Positions 49,724 through 62,774 of a stretch of 64,000 bases of DNA are shown here, piece by piece. The notes beneath the pieces were generated by a model, which was given only the letters and a program-made list of their open reading frames with translations, had not been told where the DNA came from and did no database searches. Position 1 is the stretch's first letter. Every line of letters begins with the position of its first letter. The position numbers and the translations under genes are program-made. This DNA comes from Squalus acanthias (Eukaryota): contig CM059432.1 of the NCBI GenBank assembly GCA_030390025.1, positions 97,280,001-97,344,000 on the forward strand, written 5' to 3'.

Positions 49724-51696
49724 AAATATAATATATGTGGCTAGAACAAATGAAGGACAAAGACACAATGAGTTGCTGGTCCATGTGCTTGCTTTATTAG
49801 GCCAGAGAAAACTGAGCATGCTCATATCAAACCATGTGACAAACCATGTGACAATACATTACAATATACGAGTTATTTCACCTTGAGAAAGTTGTGTTGC
49901 TTGTTTTCATTTTGCATCAATGGCCACATATTTGCTGCTGGTGTGAAATCTGTTTTGTAACCTAGGTGAGGCTCTAGGCCTAGAATGCGAGATACCACTC
50001 AAGTCCGAAAAAAAATAAAATAGAAGTTGAGGTGAGCTGAGAAGTAATGGTTAGGTAACACTTACATTGGTACTCAGTTCTGTAGATTATTGGAGGAAGG
50101 GAAGACTGTCACAAACCAAGGCTGAGGTTTGCCTGAGTTTTAAACTGATTTGTATACATAGTAACAAAAAGAACTGAACAAAGTTTTATTTCACTTTTAC
50201 AGGCTTGTTACTTTTACAAAGATTGTCTCTGAAAAATTCATGAGTACATATTCCTTTGTTAGTCATCTGGCTCATCTATACAACACTCTCTTAAAAGGAA
50301 ATGGCTAGTGTTATAAAATGACAGCAACTTCTCACCACAGAAAGGAAAGGAGCTCTCCAATTATTATTCAGATGACAGTGCGATGAGTCTTGACTTCTTC
50401 CTGTATTAGTAAGATCGGTGACGAGCTTGATATTCAGTTCAGTGAGCAACAATTCATGCATTTGGCTCCTTGGCTTATTACCATATCATACTGAGAACTG
50501 TGGGTGTGTGTGTTGTGTCAACACTGCATAACTGCACAGTTTTATTGCATAGCCCGGGTCATTTTATTACATTAAAATGCTTCAATGAGGCAAGATATCA
50601 GTAGATATTTAATATAAAATTAAAAAGTTACATTGTGAAAACTGTCACTTATAATGCTATGAGAAACATTACAGTTTTGAAAGCATTGCATTTTCCAATA
50701 AAGTATGGCTCACTAAAATTCTATTTGCCAATAAAGGTCATTAGATAGTATATTACAAAGTAATTGCACTAACAGCTAATGCTAATTACAAATGTTATCA
50801 CTTCTGTTGCAATATAATGATTTAGGCACATTTGTTAATGGACAAATCAGAAGTCTAGATGTGATGATGCCCTCAACCGTTTCTCCACAGGCCACTGCTG
50901 ATTATTAATCCTTTGAGTGTTGAATTTGCTTTCAAGTATTCAAAATCTGGACTTTTCTATCATGTAAAAACTGGATAAAGCTTCTTTTTTCAATTTTCAA
51001 AGCTAAATTCTTCGAACTATAAAGCTTTATAAAATCAAGCACCAGTTTCCTATCACTAAACCAGACTGTCCCTTAATCATAAAAAGCCATAGTTGTCAAA
51101 GGTTAATGGTTTGATGATGATGTTGCTCAGCTAATTATCACACAGAGTGTAATGTTTACTCCTCTCAATTTATCATCTATCCCCTACCATCTAACCTCTG
51201 TCAGAGTCCCTTTCTGTTATTGTTTCTGACAGCTAGAGTCTATCATTCCATCTCCCAAACATGCAATTAGGATAACTATCATTCCGTCTTAAAGCAATTA
51301 ATGTAAAAGCAAAAAGAAGCATTTATTTTGAGCAGAAATCTGTCCAAAGTCCTTGAAGAGATTTTGGGCTAAAAACTTATTTGCCCCTGAAAACGGATGC
51401 AAGCATCGCGATGCAAGATAACCCCGTGCCCGTTCAAAGGAATGCAGGATGCAGGCAGCACTCTAACTTCATGCTGCCTGTTGAGTAGCATGATTGTGGC
51501 ATTCAGCCCAGCGCTGAATGTGCTGCTAAGTGGCTGAACACTCAGCAGGAGGCCAGTGTTCATGCGAGGCTAGAACCAATTAAAGCTAGCCAGCACTTCT
51601 TAAAGGCAGTCTGCACCTCTTAAAGGGGAGGTGCATTCTGCCTACAGCAGCTCATTCAACTGGCTGGAGAAGAGAGTGAGAGGAGGAAAAAAAACA

Positions 51697-53618
51697 ATGA
51701 TGTCACAACAGCAGAGACAGCATGCTCCAAGTTTCTCCGGTGCAGAACTAGAGAACTTGATGCAGGAGGTCAACACAAGGAGAAAGATGCTCTTTCTACA
51801 GGGGGCCAGGAGGCCTTCCAGGCAAGTGCGTAAAATTCAATGGGAGCAGATAGCTGCTGTGGTGAGTGCCAGCAGTGTAGCCCAGAGGATCTGGACGCAG
51901 TGCAGGATGAAGTTTAATGACCTCAGATGAGTGGTCAAGGTCAGTGAATTAATCTTCAAATGCTATATCCCAACATCTGCACCACTAGCCTTACACACTG
52001 CTCAATGCACCACAACCTCATCACTCACCTACCAACAATCTCTATCAATCAGGATTCGTACCTAACATTCATAGCTTTACCTAACATTCATAGCTTCACC
52101 TCACCCTCACACACTCAGCACTGCTGCAAGCCTCACATCCACATCTCACAGCTTGCACACACTGCCAGCTAATCAACCATGACAGCCACATCACCCAAAC
52201 ACATTGCACCACACTCACTGACACATTTCCCTTTCTCTTGCAGGACAAGGTGGCACACAACTGGAGGCAGTAGACACTAACTGGTGGGGGGCAGGAGCGC
52301 CTTCATGTCCTAACCCCCATGGAGGAGACGGTGCAGGCCATGATTGGAACAACCATTGTTGAGGCCGTGGCCAGTGGCGGGGCTGCAACCATAGAAGATG
52401 ATGGTATCCTCATATCTAATCCTCCTTCTCACATCCCACTTCCCCCCTCATCCCACAATCTCTTTTGATTTATAAGCGTCACATGGTGTAAGCATGCACC
52501 TCTTGCTTTCCCCTCCTCTCCTCACCACAACCTTGCCCTTGTGCCTTTCTCCGTTCAGATACCCAAGAACTGACACTTGGCCAGGCACTGGTGGAGGAGC
52601 ACAAAATAGAAGAACAGCAAGGCACTGATGATGAAGACACAGCACCATCACTCGATTTAACACTTACAGCCACCAGCTCAGATACTGACACTCCGCGTAG
52701 TTTAGAGGATAGGTTAGAGGTGGGATCTGCACATGGTGAGGCACCGGGCATGAGTGGCCTGCAGCCAGGGCAGGGGGAAAGGGTAGCGCAGGTGTCAGCT
52801 CCATGGAAGGCGAGGTCACACACGAGTTCTGCTGCAGTGGAATCAGATGAGGACTTCAATGAGGCAGCCTACCAAAGAACGCTGATGGGTATGCACAATG
52901 AAATGTGTGGTGAATTGACAGGTCTGTCAGAAAGCCTGAGTATAATGTCAAGGAGCTAGGAATAGTCCGGCACCAACCTTGCGCAGGGCTTTGCGCAGAT
53001 TTTGGAGCCCATGATTTCCAGCCTGGAAGTGATGGATAACTCCATTAGCGTACTTGTGTACCCAACCATGATACAGCGTCTCAGGCTGATGTCTCAGCTT
53101 CCATTGCAGCACAAGCAGGAGCCACCCAACATCTGAGTGGAAGCTCAGACTTCTGTCATGCAGGCCCAGCTTACTGCCATGCAAGCTCAGACTGCATGTC
53201 ATCGTGGATGCGTTTACCAGTGTGGAAAGGGGCTTGCAGGGTGTCACAGCAGTCCAGCAATCTGTCCTCCAACAGATTGCTAGGAATGCTGAGGCGCCGA
53301 CCCGGGGGAGTGGTAGAGGCTCCATGGAGCATTAACCTGCTGTCCTCTCTCAGGATGACAGCATTCCTCCTCCCACCACTGTCACTCCACCAGCGCCCTT
53401 GCTTTTGCCTGTCAGCCACCCAGGTCAAGGTGGTGCAGCCTTCTCGGTCCAGAACTGCTCGAGGTCGTCCTACAAGGCCATCTACAGTTTCCCCCACTGA
53501 AAGGCAGCAGCCTTCCACCAGCCATGCTGCAGCCATGGGGGTAGCACTTTGTAAGAGCACTATGACAGGTAAAGGCAGACTGAAGACAGACACTATGGGA
53601 ATGGACAAGGGTGAATAG
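51697..53618 (+). pseudogene. Harbinger Myb/SANT gene (exons ~51697-51939, 52244-52403, 52559-53618)
   Basis: APSFSGAELENL...WEQIA...WTQCRMKFNDL, GT-AG introns, several stops. Confidence 0.8.
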
Positions 53619-53789
53619 TTGACTTTGTTATGTAATATTGGATGGATTGATGGATTGAAGTTGGATTGGAATGTTTCTTTTGTGGTGTCTTTTATTTCAG
53701 CTTTGTGGCCAAGAGGACACTGTGATGGTCAGTAACAGAGAGGATGTATGGTGCGGGACTATTGTTGAATGTGGAATTGTGGTTGCGTT

Positions 53790-54897
53790 CACTGGTACTG
53801 CCGTCGGACGAGTCGATCATGGACAGCCCGAGCAGAAAGGGCCTGTCTGGGTTTCCTCCTCCCTTCCGCTTCCTCTTCCATTTCCTACTCCTCCTCCTCA
53901 GCTGGTCGCCGTATGCCTGGTGGCTAAGTCTGTGCCCTCATGATGGCGAAGTTGTGTAGCATGCTGCAGACCACGACAAATCTTGCAACACACTCTGGTG
54001 AGTACTGCAGGGCTCCTCCAGAGTGGTCCAAGCAGCGGAAGCATTGTTTAAGGACACCAATGGTATGCTCTATCAGATTCTGTGTTTCTTTATATGCGTG
54101 CTGCCCACGTGTGCGTGGGCTGTGCGATGGAGTCATGAGCCAGCTGGTCAAGGGATAGCCCTTGTCACCCAATAGCCATCGTCTGGTTTGTCTTGGTGGC
54201 TCAAAGACCGAGGGAACAGTGGGCTGGTGCAAAATAAAAGCACCATGACTGCTGCCAGGATACCGGGCATTCACCATCATGATGTGCTGAGCATGGTCGC
54301 ACACCAACTGCACATTCAGTGAGTGGTAAACTTTGCAGTTGCGGTACATCTCAGCCATTAGATGCAGCATCTGCAAAGCGACCTGCATGCAGTCGATGGC
54401 GCCCTGCACCATGGGGAAGCCACGCTCCACTTGCTTCTCTCTGGTCAGAGAGCAGACATGAACTCCCCTCTCCTGGCATAAAGAGCATCTGTCATCTCCT
54501 TTATGTAGCAGTGGATGGCAAACTGCGGGATGTTACAGATGTCGTCTACTCCAGCCTGGAAGAATCCCGACACGAGGATATTCTGGACCACAGTTACCTT
54601 CACAGCACTAAGCACTGTCCTTACACTAGAGTGAGGCTGCAGGTCTGCTTGCAAGAGGTAGCAGAGTTCTGTGACTACCTCCTTTGTAAAGCGCAGACGC
54701 CTCACACACTGCTTCTGGCTCAGGTTGGGATAAGAGAATTGCTCTCAGACGACCCTAGGTGGGTAAGGCCTCCTGCGGAGAGCCCACCTGCTCCTCCTCC
54801 TCCTCCCTCTGCGAGCAGCTTGTCCTCTTCTTCGCTGCCTCTGCTCCATCTCCCTGTCATGCTGCAGGCCAAGGGGGATGACAATTAGAGCACCCAT
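53790..54897 (-). pseudogene. HARBI1-like transposase pseudogene
   Basis: RRRPYPPRV, GAIDC, HSLNVQLVCD, YPGSSH, LLGDKGYPL, IEHTIGVLK, CSMLHN, spread over frameshifted ORFs. Confidence 0.85.
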
Positions 54898-56109
54898 GAC
54901 TAGGAGTACGTGACCAGAACCCTTGAATTCAGAAGCAAGGCCTTCTCCACTTGCAGCACCACTCCCTGTCACCTCACCAACTTTAAACAACTCTAGAAAG
55001 CTCCAAACACTTCCACAAACTTACACAGAGCCAGAAGAAATTAATCAGCAATTAACCTTAGAGTGGTTGCTGATCCCTTTAAATATCGCTGGTGGGGGGT
55101 CCTTGCTGCGCTGAATGCATGTTCAGCTGTGCGAGGTTAAGAGAGGGTGTTAGCTGCAGCGTTGAGGACGAAAATGGAAGCGCTGGCATCAATGATTGAC
55201 AGCACAATCTGCCCACTCAACACAATTCCGGTGCACGCTCCTAATGCCCGCCCTACTGCCCTCACCAAGATGGTCATGCCACGCGCCAGAAGTATTGTAT
55301 GCATGTGTGGACACCATTTTTGTCACAAAACGGCACCAAAGCGCCGAAAAACCAGACACTATGGAGCCAAATTTCTCGCCCTTTGACTTTTCAACAAAAT
55401 CCAATGGGCAAAGGAATATGAAAGCCTGCACGCTTTTTAAAAATGTATTTTCTCCTTGACACTGAGAGTTCAGCAACAGCAAGGACACCCCACCAGCGAT
55501 ATTTAAAGGGATCAGCGATCACTCTAACATTAGTTGCTGATTAATTTTTACGGGCTCTGTGTAAGTTTGTGGAAGTGTTTGGAACTTTGTGGAAGTGTTT
55601 GGAGCTTTCTAGAGTTGTTTAAATTTTGTGAGATGACAGGGTGTGGTGTTACAAGCTGCAAGTGGAGAAGGGCTTAACAAGGTCATTCAAGGGAAAATAG
55701 CGTGGGTTGGTCAAAAGTCGATGGAGGCGGGACAACGACCCGACAAGCAGCAGTCCCACCTCCAACGCACCCCCATTGGCAAAATTGCCCCGAGTGTCAG
55801 CTGTGGCTCAGTTGGTAACACCCTCGCCTCTGAACCAGAAAGTTGTGCGTTCAAGTCCCACTCCAGAGACTTGAGCACAAAAATCTAGGCTGACACTCCA
55901 GTGCAGTACTGAGGGAGTGCTGCACTGGCGGAGGTGCGGTCTTTCAGATGAGATGATATAACCGAGGCCCCGTCTACTCTCTAAGGTGGATGTAAAAGAT
56001 CTCATGGCATTATTTCAAAGAAGAGCAGGGGAGTTATCCCTGGTGCCCTGACCAATATTTATCCCTCAATCAACATAACAAAAACAGATGATCTGGTCAT
56101 TAACACGTT

Positions 56110-56853
56110 GGCCCAGAAATTGATCTCGCTCTGTTCCCGCGGGGGTAAGCCTTCCCCGCGATGTCTCACCTCGCTTATGCTTTTTCTGATCCAGCTCGCA
56201 CGAACTTGATGTTCCAGACATCAGCTGTGCTGGGCTTGCGTATCCCAGCGGCGTAGTTAATTCGTGCGAGCTGTGGGATCACGTGACTCAGTTAGAGCCA
56301 ATGGCAGCACACCATCTTCCATTCATAAGTCTCACAGCATGGCTGTGAGACTTATGAATCTTACACCCCCCCAAAATAACAGCTAAACCTCAATTAAATT
56401 AAAAAAAAAAACCATCACATTAATAAAATAAGTATAGTTAATTAAATTAACCATTTTAAATAAAAAATTAAATTTTTGAAAAAATTTAAAATCTTTTAAA
56501 AAGTTATAAAAATAAACTTACCTGTCTTTAAAGTCTATAAAAAAGATATACCTGTAAAAAAAAATTCAAAAAAATACTTAATTCACTACTTACCTTCTTA
56601 AAAGCGGGTCTTACTCCTCCTTTTTACATTTCCAAAATCTTCCCTACTTACCTGCGCGTCCAAAGCATGAAGTGCACAGCGTGCGCGCAGCCTGTAGCGC
56701 GCACGCGATGCACCCAGGCCCCGCCCCCTTTTCGGAAGAGCAATTGCCGGTTTTCAGCGCATGCGCAGGGCATGCAGAAAACCGGCAATTGGAGTGGGAA
56801 TACGCGAGAGTATGCAGTGCGTACTCTCGCGTCCCGGGATCAATTTTCGGCCC
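56110..56853. mobile_element. Harbinger-type MITE with internal hairpins
   Basis: TIRs GGCCCAGAAATTGATC / GATCAATTTTCGGCCC with flanks GTT/ATT. The SINE is contiguous across it. Confidence 0.8.
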
Positions 56854-56934
56854 ATTACTGTTTGTGGGAGTTTGCTTTGTGCAATTGGCTGCCGCATTTC
56901 CTACATTACAACAGTGGCTACATTTCAAAAGTAT

Positions 56935-57029
56935 CATCAAAAAGGGTCATCGACCTGAAACGTTAACTCTGTTTCTCTCTCCACAGATGCTGCCTAACCT
57001 GCTGAGTATTTCCAGCATTTTCTGTTTTT
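56935..57029 (+). mobile_element. Short Penelope-derived non-autonomous insert
   Basis: 13-bp TSD ATTTCAAAAGTAT (56922-56934, 57030-57042) and a partial hammerhead (GGTC atc GACC T GAAACGTT). Confidence 0.7.
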
Positions 57030-57717
57030 ATTTCAAAAGTATTTAATTGGTTGTAAAGCGCTTTGGGACGTCCTGAGGCCATGAAAGGCGCTATACAAAT
57101 GCAAGTCTATCTTTTCTTTCAAATATACAGAAATAGAATATTTCAGTATCAAATTGCAATTTTGTCAAATTTACTGCTTGAAAAAAGGGCTCTAATGACT
57201 TTCCTAATGAACCTGTGAAATTGATGTAAATCGTTCACTTAGCAATTAGTGTGAAAATCAAGGAGAAAAAGGTTTGCAGCTGACAATGGGTGGTAAGAAG
57301 CCAGCAAACTTCATTGTTCTGGTGATTGGATTGCTTTGTTACATCTGACAATATATAACCCCATCTATTAGTCATCAGCTCAATAGTCTTTGGAATGCCA
57401 GCGATAGAGAGGGTAAGAACGTTACCGGAATGGCTTCATTGGTAGATTGGATAGAAGCCTCTGTTTCTAAGCAAACTTTTCAAGCTATAAAAATGAAAGC
57501 AATTTAAAGTGCATTCTCTCTCTTCCTCCACACAAAACATGCCAGTTACATGTGATGCATATTATATTATAATGTTGCTAGCTGATAAAAACTTGTGATC
57601 CACACATGATGCATTCATTCAGCAACAGGCATACCTGAAAATGAGGTGCAAACCTGGTGAAGCTGCAACACAGGACTACATGCATGTTAACAGTAGAAGC
57701 AGCATGCTGTAGACAGA

Positions 57718-59510
57718 GGGGGAATTTTCCAGGGGTCAGTGGGCACGATCGGTGGTGGGTCGGGTGAGAAAGTGTTTTTTCCCCCAGCGGGTCGGGACCC
57801 CGCAGTCAACCCGCCACCACGTGCCTTTACCAAATGTCAGGTCTGTCAGCGCTGAGCAGACCTGACATGCAGCGGCGGGGGAGGCAGTTCAAGTCATTAT
57901 GATCTTGTTAGCAGAGGATTAACAACAATTTTGAGCTCATCTTTAGAATTTACCAGCTTGCCAACGGGGTCCATGCTGCTCGGGGATCACGTCTGTTAAG
58001 CTGGGCCGGAGTTGAATGGCCATGGAATCATCTCATTACTTGACAGCTGCAAATGTGCTATAAAAGCTCCCATCTCACAGCTGTTCACTTTCCAAGCTCA
58101 GAAGCTGTTGCTTACTGCATTTGGAAGACAGATTGAGCTTTATGCAGGTTGCAAGTGTTTGAAGCAAACTCTCTATCCAGTGTCACCTCATTAGAACAAC
58201 CTCTCTCACCATTGACTAAATGCTTCTGTCATCACAAGTTCACCTGCCACCTATTCCATCAGCATGGGTGCCCTTTATACTCTCTCACCTTGGTCCTCAG
58301 AATCTGACCACGATCAGCCGCAACACCAGCATCACCAGGCACACCAGCAGCACCAACAACCACACCAACCTTCTCTGCAATCACCTGATGGTGCACAGGA
58401 CAGACGGCATCAGCACCTGACCACATTGCTGCCCAGGACGCCAGGGATGGCCTCACCATGGCCACATTTACTTCACTTGATGCTGCACACCCTGGCTGCC
58501 ATATGATGCGCCAGGTTGGCACCACCCCACACCAACAACATAAAGCATCCCTACAATACCCAAGCCATTCCTTTCACAATCATCAGCATTGTGGGGGGTA
58601 ACGTTATGTCTCACTATTCACTGCAACTCACTAAGCCACTTCCAAAGGGGCACACAAATCTGTCCAAGAATGCAAAGTGTTGAAAATAAAGATTTGAATG
58701 TTTGTCAGCACATTAACAGAAGCTTCACATGAACATTGGCTAAAACACACAAGTGCTGACCCTTGTGTGCTGTTAGTTGGTAGGATGAGGGTGAGGGTCA
58801 GTGTGAGGGGTGGCTAGTGAGATGAGGCAGTGATAATGTAGATAGAGAGGGATGGGTGGAGGTGCAAGGTAAGTTGGTGTGAGTAATGATGTGCAGGAGT
58901 AGGGTAGCGAAGGCAGAGTGATGGGGATGTGATGAGTGGCACAGCAGGATGAGGTTGAGTGTGGCTTTGCAGTAATGTTTCGTGATCTATTGAGCTCATT
59001 GAAAGGTTTGCACCACTGCAGCCTGGTCCTCCTGATGACATCCCTGCTTGTGCCCTCCTGTGCAATGTGCAACCAGGCTGAGTTAGTCTGTTGGGAAGGT
59101 TTCTTCTGCCCATTGGAAGGGAAGAGGACCTCCCTGAGTGCTGTAACTTATATGGGAGAGCCTGGGTGCAGCCCTGCACCTCTGTGAAGTGCTTGTCAGT
59201 GTTTGGAGCTTGGAAACATAGAAAAATAGGAGCAGAATAGGCCATTCGGCCCTTCGAGCCTGCTCCGCCATTCAATATGATCATGGCTGATCCTCTATCT
59301 CAATACCATATTCCCGCTCTCTCCCCATACCCCTTGATGCCTTTTGTGTCTAGCACCTCAATATTATAGGACACTGACAGCACAATTGACAAAGTAAATT
59401 TGCGCATGGTCCCTTTAAGGAAACCGACTGATGACGCATCATCAAATGATGTCAACAGACTCGCTTCCTTCAATTGGACCGGGAAATGCGCTGGGCGGGC
59501 ATTGTCCTCT
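57718..59510. mobile_element. Internally deleted Harbinger derivative (copy 5)
   Basis: Starts GGGGGAATTTTCC. Transposase N-terminus at 58264 ([15 protein letters not shown], similar to copy 1), Myb exon 1 remnant on - at ~58970-59185, CR1 tail inserted at ~59213-59352. Confidence 0.7.
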
Positions 59511-60170
59511 AGATGATCCTAGAGTAGTGGCAAGTTTGGAAGAGGAGAGTGTGTTCCAGTTCAGCTTGATGTGAGGGGTATTTTAACTGCCTTAGCCCAG
59601 ATCGAGTGAACCAGAGATTAAAATCAAATGGCTCTATTTGCCACTCCATTCATGCCCCACAGTAGCTTTAATGCCGCTGCTTTTGCCTGCATCTGTTGGC
59701 TCGGCAGAAGCCACATCTGATTAGAACTGATGTGAGTTCTGTACATGACTTTCCTAAGGCCTCAAACATTTCAGTGATCAAAGGTAAATAATTTCAGAGG
59801 CGATGAATTACTTTGTAATGCCATCTTTGGTTTTCTTATTGGGAAAACACGCCTTTAACCCATTAAAGGGCTTAAGCTACCTCCATTGGAGCAGTAAGAT
59901 GCTGGCTTTTCATGAGGGTGATGCCTCTGTTGATACTCTACAGGAGTGGGCCACCTGCACAAGTATTTAAATGACCTCACCCCACAACAGGGCACAAAGG
60001 TAGCTGGAAACCCCACCCTAGCATATCTCCACTCGTGGACCAGGGATACCAAATTTTGGGCCCCAGGTACTCATAGGAAATATTCTGAATAAAGCATGTG
60101 AAATACTACAGTCTCCTGAGAGTTGTTGTTCAAATAGGCTGCAAACCTTTATAGACTGAATTAGTGCTTA

Positions 60171-60955
60171 AGAACATAAGAAATAGCAGCAGGAGTAGGT
60201 CATACAGCCCTTCGAGCCTGCTCCGCCATTCAATAAGATCACGGCTGATCTTCAACTCAACTCCAAATTCCTGCCTTATCCCCATATCCCTTGATTGCTT
60301 TAGTGTCTGAAAGTCTGTTAATCTCAGTGTCAGCTGTGGCTCAGTTGGTAGCACACTCACCTCTGAGTCAGAAGGTTGTGGGTTCATAGTCCCACTCCAT
60401 GGAACTTGAGCACATAAAGCTAGGCTGACACACCAGTGCAATGCTGAGGGAGTACTGCACTGTCGGAGGTGCCGTCTTTCGGATGAGATGTTAAACTGTG
60501 GACTTAAAATGATCCCATGGCACTATTTTGAAGAAGAGCAGGGGAGTTATCCCTGGTATCCTGGCCAATACTTATCCCTCAACCAACTTAACAAAAACAG
60601 ATTATCTGGTTATTATCACATTGCTGTTTGTGGGATCTTGCTGTGTGCGAATTGGTTGCCGCGTTTCCCACATTACAACAGTGACTACACTTCAAATAGT
60701 ACTTAATTGGATGTAAAGCGCTTTGAGACATCCGGTGGTCGTGAAAGGTGCAATATAAATGCAAGTCTTTCTTTTCTTTTTTCAATATACTTAACAACTG
60801 AGCATCCACAGCCCTCTGGGGTAAAGAATTCCAAAGATTCACATGCCTCTGAGAGAAGAAATTTTTCCTCAACTCAGTCCTAAATGGCTGACCCCTTAAC
60901 CTGAAACTATGACCTCTAGTTCTAGACTCTCTAGCCAGGGAAACAGCCTCTCAGC
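60171..60955 (-). mobile_element. CR1 3' fragment split by a DeuSINE
   Basis: Tail AAGAACATAAGAAATAG, and MRKNFFSQR.VNLWNSLPQ resumes after 60780. Confidence 0.75.
60327..60775 (+). mobile_element. DeuSINE
   Basis: A/B boxes, core and tail as at 7570-8025. Confidence 0.8.
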
Positions 60956-60964
60956 TTGCTAAGC

Positions 60965-60974
60965 TGTGATAAAT

Positions 60975-61009
<35 letters not shown>

Positions 61010-61365
61010 AGGTTCAAGCCCTACGTCAGTACATAATCTAGACTCATATTTCAGTGCGGCACGGAGGGAATGTTGCACTGCCAGAGGTGCCTGCTTTTGG
61101 GTGATATGTTTAACTGAGGCCCCATCTACCCTCTCAGGTGGCCATAAAAGATCCCATGGCACTATTCAAAGAAGAGCAGGGGAGTTCTCCTGGTTTCCTG
61201 GCTAACATTTCTCCCTCAACCAACATTACTAAAAGAGATAATCAGGTCATTTATTTCATTGTTATCTGTGGGACCTTGCTGTGTCCAAATTGGCTGCTGC
61301 ATTTGTCTACATTACAACAGTAACTACACTTCAAAAATACTTAATTGGCTATGAAGCACATTGGG
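60965..61365 (+). mobile_element. DeuSINE, older and more diverged
   Basis: Recognisable head and core similarity to the other copies. Confidence 0.7.
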
Positions 61366-62586
61366 AGTTAAATAATTTTGAATGTTAGAATGAAATGCAC
61401 AGTATTGCAAAGATTATTTGAAAGGTAATATAAATACCTGAAAGTGTTTACGTAAAGAACAATAGTAACCTGGGAGTCATTGGATAAAGAACATCAAGTA
61501 CTTTGACCATATAAAAAAAACATATTGAGAAACCTGCAGTGATTACATAAAGAATAAAAAATACAGTGGTGATTATATTTGGAGGCCCTCAGCTTCTAGT
61601 ATATACCTCCAATCCAATGTAGGCCCTGACCCTCTTTGCAGAACCTTTACAAAAGCCCAGAACTATAATCACATCAATTTCCCTTAGGCAACCAGTGAGC
61701 CAAACCAAGAGCTGCCAAAAAAACATGACTGAAGCAAAAGAAAATGCAAAGTTTGGAACTGAATTCTCAATTGTATCCAAATTTCTCCCATAAGGCACTG
61801 CATGAAAATAGAGACTTCTACTTTGTCCAGTCAGCAAATTAGTCTATTAGGTAGCTTCTCCCTAGCGACAGTCCTATCACAATGGGTTCCACCCAGAAAC
61901 AGCAGATCTAAGCAGCCTGAGACAGTCTGGAGCCAAGAACAATGGAATTTATTGACTACCTCTATTATCTTTAAATTACTTACACAGGCATTACTGAGCA
62001 CAATAAAACTCTTCATTCCCTAGACCCAGCTGAGTTGACAATGATATAAAAGTATTGTTTTTAACTCCTTATTTTCTACCATTTTCTTGGAGCTCAAGTT
62101 ATGTGCAGTCATATTTTACAGTTTTATTTCTCAAAGTATTAAGCTTCCACACAGTTTCGGAACCCAATAATTACATGAAGAATAGTGGATACCTGGGAAA
62201 GATTTCAACACAGTAATCTAATCAAAAGGTCCAGATATTATCAGTTTCTACCAATTGCCTGAACCTAGAGATTAGATTGTCTTCTTCTTCTTAGGCAGTC
62301 CCTCAGAACCGAGGATGACTTACTTCCACATTAAAAATGAGTTCTCAGGTGACTGATGAGTCCAATGCGGGACCCACAGTCTCTGTCACAGGTGGGGCAG
62401 ACGGTGGTTGAAGGGGCGGGTGGGTGGGGTGCTTGGGTTGACGTGCGCTCCTTGCGCTGCTTGCAGTTGCTCCCAGCGAAGAGACTCGAGGTGTTCGACG
62501 CCTTCCCGGATGCTTCTCCTCCACTTTGTGGGGTCTTGGGCCAGGGATTCCCAGGTGTCAGTGGGGATGTTGCACTTTTTCAAGGA

Positions 62587-62774
62587 TGCGGAGATGCCGG
62601 TGTTGGACTGGGGTGGACAAAAGTGAGAAGTCGCACAACACCAGGTTATAGTCCAACAGTTTTATTTGAAATCACAAGCTTTCGGAGCGCTGCTCCTTCG
62701 TCAGGTGAAGTAAAGGAATACAAATCGACAAAGCATATATAGATAGAGAACAATGCATGTGAAGCGTACAATGG
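62587..62774 (-). mobile_element. Solo Penelope pseudo-LTR
   Basis: First ~125 bp nearly identical to the pLTRs at 34340 and 37447. Flanked by duplicated CAAGGA (62581-62586, 62775-62780). Confidence 0.85.
62672..62708 (-). ncRNA. Minimal hammerhead ribozyme motif (solo pLTR)
   Basis: Identical to the motif at 34428-34464. Confidence 0.8.

Larger units (their letters stand above)
46006..49863 (-). mobile_element. Ty3/Gypsy LTR retrotransposon (Mag-like), degenerate, integrase core deleted
   Basis: 137-bp LTRs at 46006-46142 and 49727-49863, TSD ATATA, order gag-zinc knuckle-protease-RT-RNaseH-partial integrase. Confidence 0.9.
51366..55381. mobile_element. PIF/Harbinger transposon copy 4, structurally complete but decayed
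   Basis: TIR-like ends GGGCTAAAAACTT / AAATTTCTCGCCC, flanks TTT on both sides, convergent Myb/SANT (+) and transposase (-) genes. Confidence 0.85.
55795..57110 (+). mobile_element. DeuSINE carrying two nested insertions
   Basis: A/B boxes at ~55803-55860, core and L2-like tail. Interrupted at 56110-56853 and 56935-57029. Confidence 0.8.
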
